Assembly: GCF_030144855.1 (NCBI RefSeq)
Contig: NC_082712.1
Location: 11,842,001 to 11,906,000 of the forward strand
Source of the DNA: Hypanus sabinus
Lineage: Eukaryota
DNA: 64,000 nucleotides
Direction: 5' to 3'
The notes below the pieces were generated by a model. It was not told the origin of the DNA. It worked only from the letters and a program-made list of their open reading frames with translations, and searched no databases. Every line of letters begins with the position of its first letter. The stretch's first letter is position 1. A program made the position numbers and the translations under genes. Of the stretch, positions 36,221-48,620 are shown in pieces.

Positions 36221-36898
36221 CAAGTGTTATGGACAGGGTAAATGCAAGGAGGCCTTTCCCCCGGAGGACGAGCGCGATCAGAACTAGACGTCAGGATACC
36301 GGGTGAAGGGTGAAATGTTCAGAGTGAATTTGTGGGAATGTTTTTTACTCAGTATGTGGTGAGAACGTGGATGGACTGCCAGCGTAAGTAGCGGATGCGG
36401 GGTCAATTTCACCCCCTTATGCGGATGTGAGGGGTGTGAAGGGCTGTGGTACCACTGAATTTCCATGGGACTAGGCAGCACAATTGTTCAGCATAGACTA
36501 GATGGACCGATTGGCCCGCTTATGTGCTGTACTGTTCAACTGTTGTCAGGGCAAGAGGCTTATTTCACAATAGGTCCATTGAGATGTCCCATCGAAGCTG
36601 ACCTTGAGCCTGGTGGTCGGTGATTTCAGGCTCTGGCATCTGGAGAGGACAGATGAGAGGACCTCCGGGGTATTCGGGCTGTTTGGTTCTGCTGGCCCTT
36701 TACCGAGCCGAAGTCCGCAGAGGGGAAGCTGGTTCCTGAGATGTGCTGAGCTGTGTCTACGGATTCCTATGGTTTCGTGCAGAGTAATTGCCACAGCAAG
36801 GCATTATATATCCAATGCTTTCTATTGTGCATCGATAAAACTTGTAATCTACATCGCGAGCGCGCAAACATTCTTTGTTTGTGCGCTGCATTTGGGTC

Positions 36899-38919
36899 TG
36901 TGGTAAGCTATGTATACCTGTCTGGACACGCCCCTCTGCTGACTGCTCCTGTGGCTTCTCCCACAGACCCCTGTATAGAGGCGATTGGGGCACTGCTCCT
37001 TCCTCAGACTCCGAGATGTCGTGCTCCCTTTTACTGCTAATAAAAGCCTATCGTTCACTTCCAGTCTCCGAGAGTTATTGATGGTGCATCAATTTTATTA
37101 GCAGCAATTTTAAAACATGGAGAGCATTTTATGACCAGACAGATTGGGATCTCGACCCTCATCCCAGGAAGGTGGCGACACTTTTGAACTCTGGCTATCA
37201 AGCTTCCAATCGTACCTGGAGGAGATTCACGTGACCGATCCTGCCACGATGAGGGTCTACTCCATGATCAGAGACAAAACGGACTACCGGGGTGCGGTGG
37301 ATGCCCTCAAAAGGCAATACCGGCAGCCGGTGAACACCGTCTATGCAAGACATTGCTCAGCGATGCGGCGGTAGCAGGCCCGTGAGTCGAGCGCTGAGTT
37401 TGTCCAGGCCCTACAGACACTCTTGCGGGCCTGCGACTGCAGGGGATTGATGGTGGAACAGCATGCGGAGCTGCTGGTAAGAGACGCCTTCGTTACAGGG
37501 ATCAGGTCAGTGCACATGTGCCAGCGCGCAGCTCGACCGGCTATACGCCCTCCATGCAGATCTTTGCCACCCGAAGGTAACCCAACATTAGCATTTCGTG
37601 TAGTCCGGGAACCTCCCTTACTCCCTTGAGGAAATCAAGATGATGACCAGGGACGGCCAAGTCTGCGCTGAGTGCAAACCGCACTTCTACCATCCTGAAA
37701 AGGCACAATTTATCAAGGCCACCCGCCCCTTTGAGCGACTGAGTGTTGACTTTAAGGGCCCCCTTCCCTCCACCGACTGCAATGTCTACTTTCTTAATAT
37801 TATCGACGAGTACTCGGGGTTCCCCTTTGCCATCCCCTGCCCTGATACCTCTGCCACGTCCGTCATAAAAGCCCTGCACCGGTTCTTCACTCTGTTCGGA
37901 TATCCCTGTTATATCCACAGTGATAGAGGGTCCTCGTTTATAAGTGACGAGCTGCACCATTACCTGCTGGCTAGGGGTATTGCTACTGGTAGGACCACAA
38001 GCTATAATCCCCTGGGGAATGGACAGGTGGAGAGGGAAAATGCCACGGTGTGGAAGGCCACACTCTTAGCCCTTAGGTCAAAGGGATTGCCGGTCTCTCA
38101 ATGGCAGGAGGTCCTCCCCGAGGCGCTCCACTCCATCCGCTCCCTGTTATGCACGTCCACCAATGCCACCCCTCATGAGCGACTCTTTTCTTTTCCCAGG
38201 AAGTCTGCCACTGGGACCACCCTACCGGCTTGGCCGATGTCCCCAGGGCCAGTGCTGCTCTGGAAACATGTGAGGAGCAATAAGTACTCCCCGATGGTCG
38301 AGAGGGTTCACCTACTTCATGCGAACCCCCAGTATGCCTACATGGTCTTACCTGATGGGCGGGAGGACATGGTCTCTGTCCGCGACCTGGCGCCCACAGG
38401 AGCACCAGACCCCTACCCCGAACACTCCACGGTGACTATGAACCCCGTACCCACGAGAGACCGTGCACCCCAAGCCCTACACAGACTCCTCACGACACTC
38501 CCATACCGGCTGCAACGCACACGCATGAGGGATTACTGATGCCTAACGGGCTGGCACCTCAAGTCAGGCCAGAGCCAGCAAAACCACCATCTCCGGTGCA
38601 ATCACCACCGGTGCTCCGTAGATCGCAGCGACAGACTCGACCGCCTGATAGACTTGACCTGTAAATATACTTGTAAGAAACTTCGCCCCGTGGGGACTCT
38701 CTTTTAAAACAAAGGTTGGGAGTGAATGTGATAAACTATGCATACCTATCTGGACACGCCCCTCTGCTGACTGCTCCTGTGGCTCCTCCCTCAGACCCCT
38801 GTATAAAGGCGATTGGGGCACTGCTCCTCCCTCAGTCTCCGAGATGTCGTGCTCCCTCTTGCTGCTAATAGAAGCCTATCGTTCACTTCCAGTCTCCGAG
38901 AGTTATTGATGGTGCATCA
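36899..38919 (+). mobile_element. Internally deleted LTR retrotransposon (193-bp LTRs; gag remnant plus integrase, no PR/RT/RH)
   Basis: LTRs 36899-37091 and 38727-38919 (TG..CA), 5-bp TSD GGGTC and purine-rich PPT at ~38706-38726. Confidence 0.9.
37640..38539 (+). CDS. Gypsy integrase ORF (DDE core)
   Basis: CAECKP, PFERLSVDFKGP, IIDEYS.FPFA, IHSDRGSSF and YNP.GNGQVEREN motifs. Confidence 0.85.
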   Translation: MMTRDGQVCAECKPHFYHPEKAQFIKATRPFERLSVDFKGPLPSTDCNVYFLNIIDEYSGFPFAIPCPDTSATSVIKALHRFFTLFGYPCYIHSDRGSSFISDELHHYLLARGIATGRTTSYNPLGNGQVERENATVWKATLLALRSKGLPVSQWQEVLPEALHSIRSLLCTSTNATPHERLFSFPRKSATGTTLPAWPMSPGPVLLWKHVRSNKYSPMVERVHLLHANPQYAYMVLPDGREDMVSVRDLAPTGAPDPYPEHSTVTMNPVPTRDRAPQALHRLLTTLPYRLQRTRMRDY

Positions 38920-39725
38920 GGGTCCTTCCCCAGCAGCCTTGCTCCTACATTGTGACAGAGCGCTCTCGCCGAACATGGACCCAGCAGACACAAACACTGT
39001 TTTTTCAAACTCTCGTCAGCCAGAATCCCGCACAGAGTGCAATTCAAGACAGTGACTCAAAGTCCCAGTTATCACTTTAGCCACGGGGTAAATACGTCAG
39101 TTATATAAGGGCAAGGTGTTGTTCTGTTTTGCCCGCCGACCAAAACCCTCTTCACCACCCGGGTCATTGATAATCCGGGCAAACCTGTTGGTCGCCTGGA
39201 GGCTCCCATTGGGGGGGGGGGGGGGGTGGATACTGTCAGGGTCCGGATTGGGTTCACTTTAAATTTACCTTGTTTGTGTTACGATCCGACCGTTGGATCC
39301 TTGTTTTCCTTTAATTCCTGGTTTTCCCGTGTCCCTTGGGCTTGGTGATTAAAGGCAATTTACTCGCGACCGAACCGGCAGTTTATAAGTTTCCGGCTTC
39401 AGCCGTTCAGCGAGTGAGTGTTAACGAAGCTGGTGTGAGTCAAAGTCATCCAGCCGGAGCAAGCCACGTCTCCTCCTGAAGGAAGTACCAGCAATCCCGA
39501 GCAGGTCCGGCAAGGTTAACCCGCCAGGGTGAGTCAAGAGCTCACCGCTGCTTGGGGCAAACGTGCCCAGTTTTAGTACCGTCTATCGCTGTGTTGTCTC
39601 CGTATCCATGTCCTGTGTTTCAAAGGGGTCCTGGCCCTGTGTCAAGAAGAGTCCCGACTCTGTCCAGTGCCTAAGGAGGATTCCATGCTCAATGCTTTCT
39701 ATCCTGTGTCTGAGTCTGTCCCGTG

Positions 39726-42115
39726 AATAAGAAACAGAGAAAATAGGTGCAGGAGTAGGCCATTCGGCCCTTCGAGCCTGCACCGCCATTCAGTATGATC
39801 ATGGCTGATCATCCAACTCAGAACCCTGTACCTGCTTTCTCTCAATACCCCTGGATCCCTTTAGCCACAAGGGCGTATCTAACTCCCTCTTAAATATAGC
39901 CAATGAACTGGCCTCAGCGGTTTCCTGTGGCAGAGAATTCTGCAGATTCACCACTCTCTGTATGAAGAAGTTTTTCCTCATCTTGGTCCTAAAATGCTTC
40001 CCCTTTATCCACAAGCTGTGACCCCTCGTTCTGGACTTCCCCAACATCAGGAACAATCTTCCTGCATCTAGCCTGTCCAATCCCTTTAGAATATTATATG
40101 TTTCAATAAGATCCCCTCTCAATCTTCTAAATTCCAGTGAGTATAAGCCTAGTCGATCCAGTCTTTCTTCATATGAAAGTCCTGCCATCCCAGGAATCAA
40201 TCTGGTGAACCTCCTCTGTACTCCCTCTATGGCAAGAATGTCTTTCCTCAGATTAGGGGACCAAAACTGCTCACAATACTCCAGGTGTGGTCTCACCAAG
40301 GCCTTGTACAACTACAGTAGAACCCCACTGCTCCTGTAGTAGAATCCTCTTGCTATGAATGCCAACATACCATTTGCCTTTTTCACCACCTGCTGTACCT
40401 GCATGCCCACCTTCAATGACTGGTGTACAATGACACCCAGGTCTCGTTGCACCTCCCCTTTTCCTAATCGGCCACCATTCAGATAATAATCTGTTTTCCT
40501 GTTCTTGCCACCAAAGTGGATAACTGCACATTTATCCACATTAAATTGCATCTGCCATGAATTTGCCCACTCACCTAACCTATCCAAGTCACCCTGCATC
40601 CTGCTCACAAGTAACACTGCCACCCAACTTCATGTCATCTGCAAACTTGGAGATGCTGCATTTAATTCCCTTGTCTAAATCATTAATATATATTGTAAAC
40701 AACTGGGGTCCCAGCACTGAGCCTTGTGGTACCCCACTAGTCACTGCCTGCCATTCTGAAAAGGTCCTGTTTATTCTCACAGTTTGCTTCCTGTCTGCCA
40801 ACCAATACTCTATCCACATCAATGCCATACCGCCAATACTGTGTGCTTTAAGTTTGCACACTAATCTCCTGTGTGGGACCTTGTCAAAAGCCTTTTGAAA
40901 ATCCAAATATACCACATCCACTGGTTCTCCCCATCCACTCTACTAGTTACATCCTCAAAAGGTTCTATAAGATTTACCTTTCACAAATCTGTGCTGACTT
41001 TGTCTGATGATTTCACTGCTTTCCAAATGTGCTGTTATCACATCTTTCATAACCAACTCTAGCATTTTCCCCCCACACCGATGTCAGGCTAACCGGTCTA
41101 TAATTCCCCAGTTTCTCTCTCCCTCCTTTTTTAAAAAGTGGGGTTACATTAGCCACCCTCCAATCCTCTGGAACTAATCCAGAATCTAAAGGGTTTTGAA
41201 AAATTATCAGTAATGCATCTGTTATTTCTTGGGCTACTTCCTTAAGTACTCTGGGATAAAGACCATCTGGCCCGAGAGACTTATCTGCCTTTAATCCCTT
41301 CAATTTACCTAACACCACTTCCCTACTAACATGTATTTCCCTCAGTTCCTCCATCTCACTAGACCCTCGGCCCCCTACTATTTCCGGAAGATTATTTATG
41401 TCCTCCTTATTGAAGACAGAACCAAAGTAGTTATTCAATTGGTCTGCCATGTCCTTGTTCCCCATGACTGTTTCTGACTGTAAGGGACCTATATTTGTCT
41501 TAACCAATCTTTTTCTTTTCGCATATCAATAAAAGATTTTATAGTCAGTTTTTATGTTCCCTGCCAGCTTTCACTCATAATCTTTTTTCCCTTTTCCTAA
41601 TTAAGCCCTTTGTCCTCCTCTGCTGGACTCTGAGTTTCTCCCAGTGCTCAGACGTGCTGCTTTTTCTCTTACCCAAGGAGTCTCGCACGACAAGATTGCT
41701 AACTAACCCTTCCTCATTGCTCAATGCCCAGTCTAGAATGGCCTAGTCTCTAGTTGGTTCCTCAACATGTTGGTTCAGAAAACCATCCCGCATCCCTTGT
41801 TCACCCTGGAGCTATGTCTCTGTGATCCCAACTATATCATATTCATGAATAACTATCTGCACATTCAATTCATCCACTTTGTTACGAATGCTCCTCGCAT
41901 TGACACACAAAGCCTTCAGGCTTGTTTTTACCACATTCTTAGCCCTTATACAATTATGTTGAAAAGTGGCCCTTTTTAATTTTTGCCCTGGATTTGCCTG
42001 TCTGCCACGTTTACTTTTCACCTTACTACTTTTTGCTTCAACCCTCACTTTACTCCTCTCTGTCTCTCTGCACTTGTTCCCATCCCCCTGCCACATTAGT
42101 TTAAATCCTCCTGAA
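39726..42115 (-). mobile_element. CR1 LINE (ORF2 start, internal deletion, RT, 3' end) inserted in an LTR
   Basis: [57 protein letters not shown] and LEYCEQFWSP motifs. Confidence 0.9.
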
Positions 42116-44039
42116 CAAGAGTTCCGGCTCCATGTCTTGTGTCTAAGGAGCAGACCCCGCTCAGTGTTCTATGTCCTGTGTTTAAGTATCACGTCCTGGC
42201 TCCAAGGTCCGCGATCCGAGATCTGGCTGCGATGTCCCAGCTCCAAGTCCTAGCCCAGACCCTGAGTCCCAGCCTAGTCCAGGGCCAGAGTCTTTGTTCA
42301 TTACACCTATTCCCAGTTCCACTTTGCTCTCCTTGATTTCTCTCTGTTCTATCCTTGCGTCACGGCTCTCCTTGTAAGTAGTAATAAACTCTATTTAGTT
42401 AACCCGACAAAATGTGTTTGTCCTGCATTTGGGTCCTTCCCCAGCACCCTTGCCCCCACATTGTGACACCCTCCATGACTTCCTCCTTCTCTGCAGCCGT
42501 GCCACTATCTCCGATCAGCAGTGTCATGGCTTCATCTCTTTTTCCTCCTTCCCTGTCCTTTCGGAAACATCTAAAGCCTGGCATTCGAAGTAGCCATTCC
42601 TGCCCCGAGCCATCGAAGTATCTTTAATGGGCACAACATCTCAGCACTGATCCACATTCTAAGCTCAGCCGCTGTGTTTGTGAATCGTTCATTAGTGGAA
42701 CGGGAAATACTGGAAAACATTTTACAGGACAAAATTTATTATCAGCGATGAAGCAATAGTGGTTTGAGGCAAATTTACACTCCAGAAGAACAATTCCAAT
42801 GAAACCACAAGTACAAATCCAATCAGAAAGGAAGCCAACTAGTATGGCAAAATGTCATGAGCATTCTTCAGGACTGAGAAGGAAGGGGGGAAGGTGCTAG
42901 AGTGTAAAGGTGGGGGTAGGGGAGGGCCAGCAGGAAGCTGAGAGGTGAAGCCAGATGGCTGGGGAAGGTCAAGAGCCGAAGAAGAAGGAATATGATAGGA
43001 CAGGAGAGTGGACCAGGTTTCAGGGGTCATGAAGAATGTGAAGTTACCATTGTTAATGAGAAGGTTCTTGGGAACCGAAAGGTCTGAAGGTAGAAAAGTC
43101 ATCTGAACCACATGGTGTACACACCAGAGTTTTGAAAGGGGTGGCCGAAGAGATCTTTGAGTCATTAGTAATGATCCCACAAGAAACACCAGGTTCTGGA
43201 ATGATTCCGGAAGACTGGAAAATTGCAAATATCACTCCACTCTTCAAAAAGGAGAAGAGCAGAAGAAAGGAATTTATAGGCCACATGATAGCATAGCATG
43301 TAGTCAGCAGTTTCCTCAAGGTAAAATCTTGCCTGACAAGTATATTTGAATTTTTTTGGAGAAAGTATGAGCAGGATAGACAACGGAAAATTAATTCATC
43401 TTGTGTACTTGGATTTTTGGAAGTCCTTTGACAAGATGCCACACATGGAGCTGTGTAACAAACTACTCGCCCATGGTATTACATCGAATATCCTAACATG
43501 GATAAAAGAGATCAGGGTATGAAGGGTCCCGAAACATCGACTGCGTACTCTGTTCCATAGATGCTGCCTAGCCCACTGAGATCCTCAGGCATGAAGGGAG
43601 CCTTTTCTGGTTGGCTGACGGTAACTCGTGATATTGCACAGAGCCCATTACATTATATGTTAATGACTTGGATGATAGTATTGTTGGCTTTGATGCAGAC
43701 TTTGCTGATGATACGAAGATATGTGGAAGGCAAGGTGGGTTTGAGGAAGTGGAGCAACTACAGAAGGACCCAGACAGATTAGGAGAATGGGGAAACAAGT
43801 GGAGATGGAATGCATTGTCGGTAAGTGTATGGTCATACACATTGGCAGAATAAATGAAAGGCTAACTATTTTTTTAAATGGGGTGAAAATAGAGAAAATA
43901 CAAAAAAATACAGCGGAGCAAAATGACTTGGGAGACCTTGTTTAAGATTCCCTCAAGGATAATTTCCAGACTGAGACTCAGAAAAGATGACCAGTGCAGG
44001 TCTACCTCACACCTACTCACTGTCTTCTCCTGTCCATAC

Positions 44040-44180
44040 TACACCAACCACTGCCACTGGGCTATAAACGTGCAGGAGCAGTGTGGGGCTAAGTGCGTTG
44101 CATGCTGCCATGGCTGGGGCTCGAACTGATGACCTTCAGATCGCGAGCCCAAAGCCTTAACCAATTGGCCACACGCCCCT
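44040..44180 (-). mobile_element. tRNA-derived SINE (same family as 20203-20375)
   Basis: Minus: gtgtggccaattggttaaggctttgggctcgcgatctgaaggtcatcagttcgagcccc (A and B boxes). Confidence 0.75.
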
Positions 44181-46253
44181 CTCACTGTCTTAAGCCCAAT
44201 AGTGATTGCTGTCTGTGCAGCATTTACCACCGCCTTAATTCGGCCTCTATCTACGATCGTTCTCCGGTTCTACATATTTGGCATGTTCAGTCCAGAATTC
44301 TGAAACAGGTTGTAGAGTGAATCTAGGAAGAGGCCAATTAAAGACAAATAACATTTCTTCACGTGGAACATGGTGTTCTCGTTGGATCTCGTTGCGTCTG
44401 CACCTTGTGGTTGGAAAACCGGTCTTCTCAGTCTCCTGCGGTGGATCAGTCTCGTCGCTTTCTGTGGACAGAACGAAACGGTTAACACGAATCTAGATCA
44501 TACAATGACACCACATCCAACTCCCTCCCCCAATTCACTTATAACCTTGGAAAGGATTTGGCTCGAGACGTGAATGGGTATTCTCACAGAATAAATTTTG
44601 TCGTCAGTATCAGTGTTTGATAACAAAACTGGAGATGAGCCCAAACATTTATTCAGTTGGAAACTTTACGGTGACATAACAACATAGGTCATGTTGTTGA
44701 CAGGAAGATGGTCTTCGGCTATAGGATAATATTGATAAAATAGTGTAGTACTTAGATTCAGACCGTAAGAGCATATGAAATAGCGTCAGACTTTTCAAAT
44801 CCAGCCCTTCTATTCTGCTCTGCTATCCCATCGTGGTTGATTTATTATCCCTAACAACCCCATTCTCCTGTCCTCATCCCATCATCTTTGACACCCTTAC
44901 TATTCAGGAACCCATCAATCTCTGTTTTAAGTATTCCCACAGGCATTTATGGCTGTAAATTCCACAGATTCAGCATCCTCTGGCTCTGGAAATCCCTCAG
45001 AATATCCATTCTAAAGTAAAATCCTCTATGAATGGCAGAGTGAATTTAATCCTGTCTGTGACTCAATTTCTAGGATACAGGTATTTGAATATCAGATTTC
45101 TTGGGATGAACCTGGAAGAGAGGGAAGTGGATACAAAAATCATAGGAACTAAGTAAATGAAACGTGTTGGGGACAGTAACAGATCGAGGCTGTAATTTAA
45201 GGAGGAAACTGATTATCAATGATATTAGAGACATGGAAATCATTTGAATACTTTTCAGTGTTAATATGTTTGAAGTTGATACACTAACAGTTTAAACTGG
45301 ATTATTGTGGAGGGAGATGGCTACAGAAATTCAGTCGAGTGCAAAATCTCTGAGGGATTTCGCCTCATGGACTAGTCTTGTGTAGACCAAGAGACCAAAT
45401 TCACCCTGGGTTGACTACACTACCTGATCCCAAGTGCACTTGGGATGGCTAGAGTCGAAACTTTCCCGTATTGTTGTTTCTTCTGGGTTCCAGAGTGTCC
45501 TTTTGTGCACATCAACATTAGATTTGTAATTAGAATGTAGAACATTCCAGCACAGTACAGGCCCTTCGGCCCTCGGTGTTATGCCAACCTGTCAGCCTTC
45601 TCTTAGCTCAATCTATTTTTTATCATTTTGTTATTTACAGATACAACGGCCCACCAAGTTGCGACACCCAGAAACTCAGGGATGTAATCTCAGCCTAATC
45701 ACAGGACGGTTCTCAATGAACAACTAATCTGATAACTGGAACATCTTTGGACCATGGGAGGAAGCCAGAGCACCCGGGGAAACCGACGTGCACATGGGAA
45801 GAGCTCACATTCTTTCTAACAAAGGGCGCCAGTTGCCCTAACCCTTTCCTCTAGTTCTGCCAAAGGGTCTCTGCCCGAAACGTCAATTGTACTTTTTCCA
45901 TAGATGCTGCCTGGCCTGCTGAGTTCCTCCAGCATTTTGTGTGTATTGCTTTAATTTACAGCATCTGCAGGTTTTCTCTCATTTGCTCCTACATATCCAT
46001 AAATTTGTCTATCATTTGGTGGCTGTTTAGCGGGTACGTTTAATCCGAAAGGAATCTCAGAATGCTAAATAGTCTACAAACTCTTCTGAAGGAGTCTCTC
46101 TTATGATGCAACGAGTATTTTCTACGGTGCTCCCACAAACAGCAAACGACAAGTATTGACTGGGTCGACTCAAGTATTTGAGCCAGTTCCCAACGTCCAC
46201 CGACTGTCTGAGAGAATCGGATTTCAGTCACGTCACGGCAAGAGCCTTCAGCA

Positions 46254-46372
46254 TTAGTACATACGGTACCTGAGTTTGTCACAGTAGAGAACGGCACCCA
46301 TCACTAAAAGGGCGAGAGTTTTCAGTCCGAGTGGGCTACACAACATCAGCATGGTTTCAGAAGCGCCTGTCC
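46254..46372 (-). CDS. Terminal transmembrane exon of an Ig-like receptor with TM lysine and a short tail
   Basis: Acceptor tctcactttctcttcAG|GG (phase 1, matching the V exon donor); (G)TGASETMLMLCSPLGLKTLALLVMGAVLYCDKLRYRMY*, a 24-aa hydrophobic stretch with a central Lys. Confidence 0.7.
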
Positions 46373-46687
46373 CTGAAGAGAAAGTGAGAGAGGTCAATCC
46401 AGACTCGGGCAATGGGGGAGAGACCAATAATGTGGACTGATTAAAATCTGTCGCTGTGCAGATGAATTTATCATTCAGCAGATTTTTACTAAAGATGATA
46501 ACTTGTGTGTGAAGGAATAAAAAAAGGGTATTAATAAGAATGTAGAGATCAGAGTGACAAGAATTAAACATTTGTACAAAAAGTTTTAACCTGTAGTGAG
46601 CCCATAGATCATAAGGTACAGGAGCAGGTCTGGGCCATTCGGTCCATCGAGATTTATCCGCCATTCCATCATGTCCAGTTTGTTATC

Positions 46688-47170
46688 ATGTTTGCTGTTG
46701 TGTGCTGGGGCAGCAGGCTGAGGGTAGCAAACACCAACAGAATCAACAAACTCATTCGTAAGGCCAGTGATGTTGTGGGGGTGGAACTGGACTCTCTGAC
46801 GGTGGTGTCTGAAAAGAGGATGCTGTCCAAGTTGTATGCCATCTTGGACAATGACTCCCATCCACTCCATAATGTACTGGTTAGGCACAGGAGTACATTC
46901 AGCCAGAGACTCATTCCACCGAGATGCAACACTGAGCGTCATAGGAAGTCATTCCTACCGGTGGCCATCAAATTTTACAACTCCTCCCTTGGAGTGTCAG
47001 ACACCCTGAGCCAATAGGCTGGTCCTGGAATTATTTCCACTTGGCATGATTAACTTATTATTATTTAATTATATATGATTTTATATTGCTATATTTCTAC
47101 ACTATTCTTGGTTGGTGCGGCTGTAACAAAACCCAATTTCCCTCGGGATCAACAAAGTATGTCTGTCTGT
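46688..47170 (+). mobile_element. Short Rex1/Babar-like LINE 3' end inserted in block B only
   Basis: AVVCWGS..INKLIRKA..HPLH..TERHRKSFLPVAIK; (ctgt)n tail; the same tail family occurs on minus at ~21548-21600. Confidence 0.8.
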
Positions 47171-47384
47171 CTGTTATTCTTCTCAACTCCATTCTACTGC
47201 CATCTCCCATAAAATTTGATGTCCTTTCTAATCAAGAAGTTCTCAACCTCCACTTAAAGACCACGATTTGACCTTCACTGTCATTTGTGGCAACAAGTTC
47301 CTCAGATTCACCACCGTCTGGCTGAATAATTTCCCCCCAACTCTGTTCTAAAGGGACATTGTTCTATCCTGAAGCTGTGTCCTC

Positions 47385-47535
47385 CGGGTGCTCCGGTTTC
47401 CTCCCACAGTCTAAGGACAGACCGGCTCATCGGTTAATTGGTCATTGTAAATCGTCGTGGGTTCAATAGGTGGGTTTCTGGGTGGTGTGGCTCGTTGGGT
47501 CGGAAGGGCCTGTTCCGTGCTGTATCTCTAAATGA
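47385..47535 (+). mobile_element. HE1/V-SINE 3' portion
   Basis: cctccgggtgctccggtttcctcccaca..gaagggcctgttccgtgctgtatctctaaat. Confidence 0.7.
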
Positions 47536-47789
47536 ATAAACAAATAAATAATGAGGTGGAGAGTCCATCTTATCGTACTGGGGGACCACTCCGTAGTTAT
47601 AACTGTAGGATAAAAGCTGTCCTTCAGCCTGGTGGTCCGTGCATCCAGGCTGTTGTATCTTCTGCCCAGTGGGAGAGGGCCGAAGAGAGAATGTCCAGGG
47701 TGGATGGGAGGGTCTCTGATTTTGCATTCTGTTTCACAGAGATGGTGAGAAGTGCAGACAGAATCCACGGTGGGGTGCTGGCTTCTGCC

Positions 47790-48260
47790 TTGATGAAGGG
47801 GTTAACCTGTGAGGAGAGATTCAGTCGCCCGAGACTATACTCTCTGGAGTTCAGAAGAATGAGAGGCGAATTGAGAAACATACAAAATTTTGAAAGGGAT
47901 AGATATGATAGAAGCAGGAAAGTTGTTTCCATTGGTAGGTGAGACTAGAACTAGGGGGCATTGCCTCAACATTCGGAGAGAAGATTTAGGATGGGGATGA
48001 GGAGAAACTGTTTTTCCCAGAGAGTGGTGAATCTGTGGAATTCTCTGCCCAGTGAAGTATTTGAGGCTTCTTCACTAAATATATTTAAGAAACACTTAGA
48101 TAGGTTTTTACATAATAAGGGAATTAAGGGTTTGGGGGGAAAGGTAGGGAGATGGAGCTGAGTTTACAGACAGATCAGCCATGATCTTATTGAATGGCGG
48201 GGCAAGATCGATGGGCCGGATGGCCAAATTCTGCTCTTATTTCTTATCTTCTTATGGATC
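47790..48260 (+). mobile_element. CR1 3' end
   Basis: LYSLEFRRMRG and RRNCFSQRVVNLWNSLP segments plus a CR1 3' UTR. Confidence 0.8.
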
Positions 48261-48439
48261 AATGTGACAGGTTGAGCCCTGTGATCGTGTCCTGTCTGCC
48301 TCCTCCCCCTGACATTCTGCAGAATCGCAATCGGGATTAGGATAATTTCACCGGCTTGTGTTTTGTGCAGCAGTACATTGCGATCATCATCATCGGTATG
48401 TGCTGTGTTGTGTGATGTGGGCAATCACAGTCTCTTAAC

Positions 48440-48620
48440 CATGATGAACACACACAAAATGGTGGAGGAACTCAACAGGCCAGGCAGCATCTCTGGAGAA
48501 GAGTAAACAGCTGAAGTTTCAGGCTGACCCCTTCATCAGGACTCACACCGTGCAGAACAGGCCCTTTCATGAGTTCCGATGCAGAGTCTCAGCACAAAAC
48601 ATCGACTGTTTACTCAATTC
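48440..48620. repeat. Inverted pair of Penelope terminal repeats with decayed hammerheads
   Basis: Minus GAGTC CTGATGA AGGGTCAGCCT GAA ACTT C, then plus CCGATGCA GAGTCTCAGCAC AAA ACAT C GACTG. Confidence 0.6.

Larger units (their letters stand above)
36544..42468 (+). mobile_element. Composite Gypsy LTR remnants: LTR (36544-38957, interrupted), 276-bp internal stub (38958-39233), LTR (39234-42468, interrupted by CR1)
   Basis: TGTCAGG starts at 36544 and 39234; shared gggtccttccccagc..cattgtgaca ends at 38957 and 42468; ATGGACCCAGCAGAC (MDPAD gag-like start) and G-run PPT before 39234. No TSD, and the two LTR bodies do not align. Confidence 0.55.
44250..47300. repeat. Segmental duplicate block B (paralog of ~20960-23420), with extra insertions
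   Basis: Collinear with block A; contains the intact TM exon. Confidence 0.9.

Noticed and set aside
28930-38924. Shared GGGTC/GGTC target of two LTR elements as sequence-specific integration
   Set aside because: Only two events from different families, and the sister solo LTR has a CTCTG TSD, so coincidence is sufficient.
46040-46297. Overlapping ORF conserved in both duplicates (TVC.NAEGS.RDVT.IRF; also 22674-22874)
   Set aside because: Substitutions over 36 codons fell 11/5/5 at positions 1/2/3, so there is no synonymous bias. Treated as 3' UTR open by chance.
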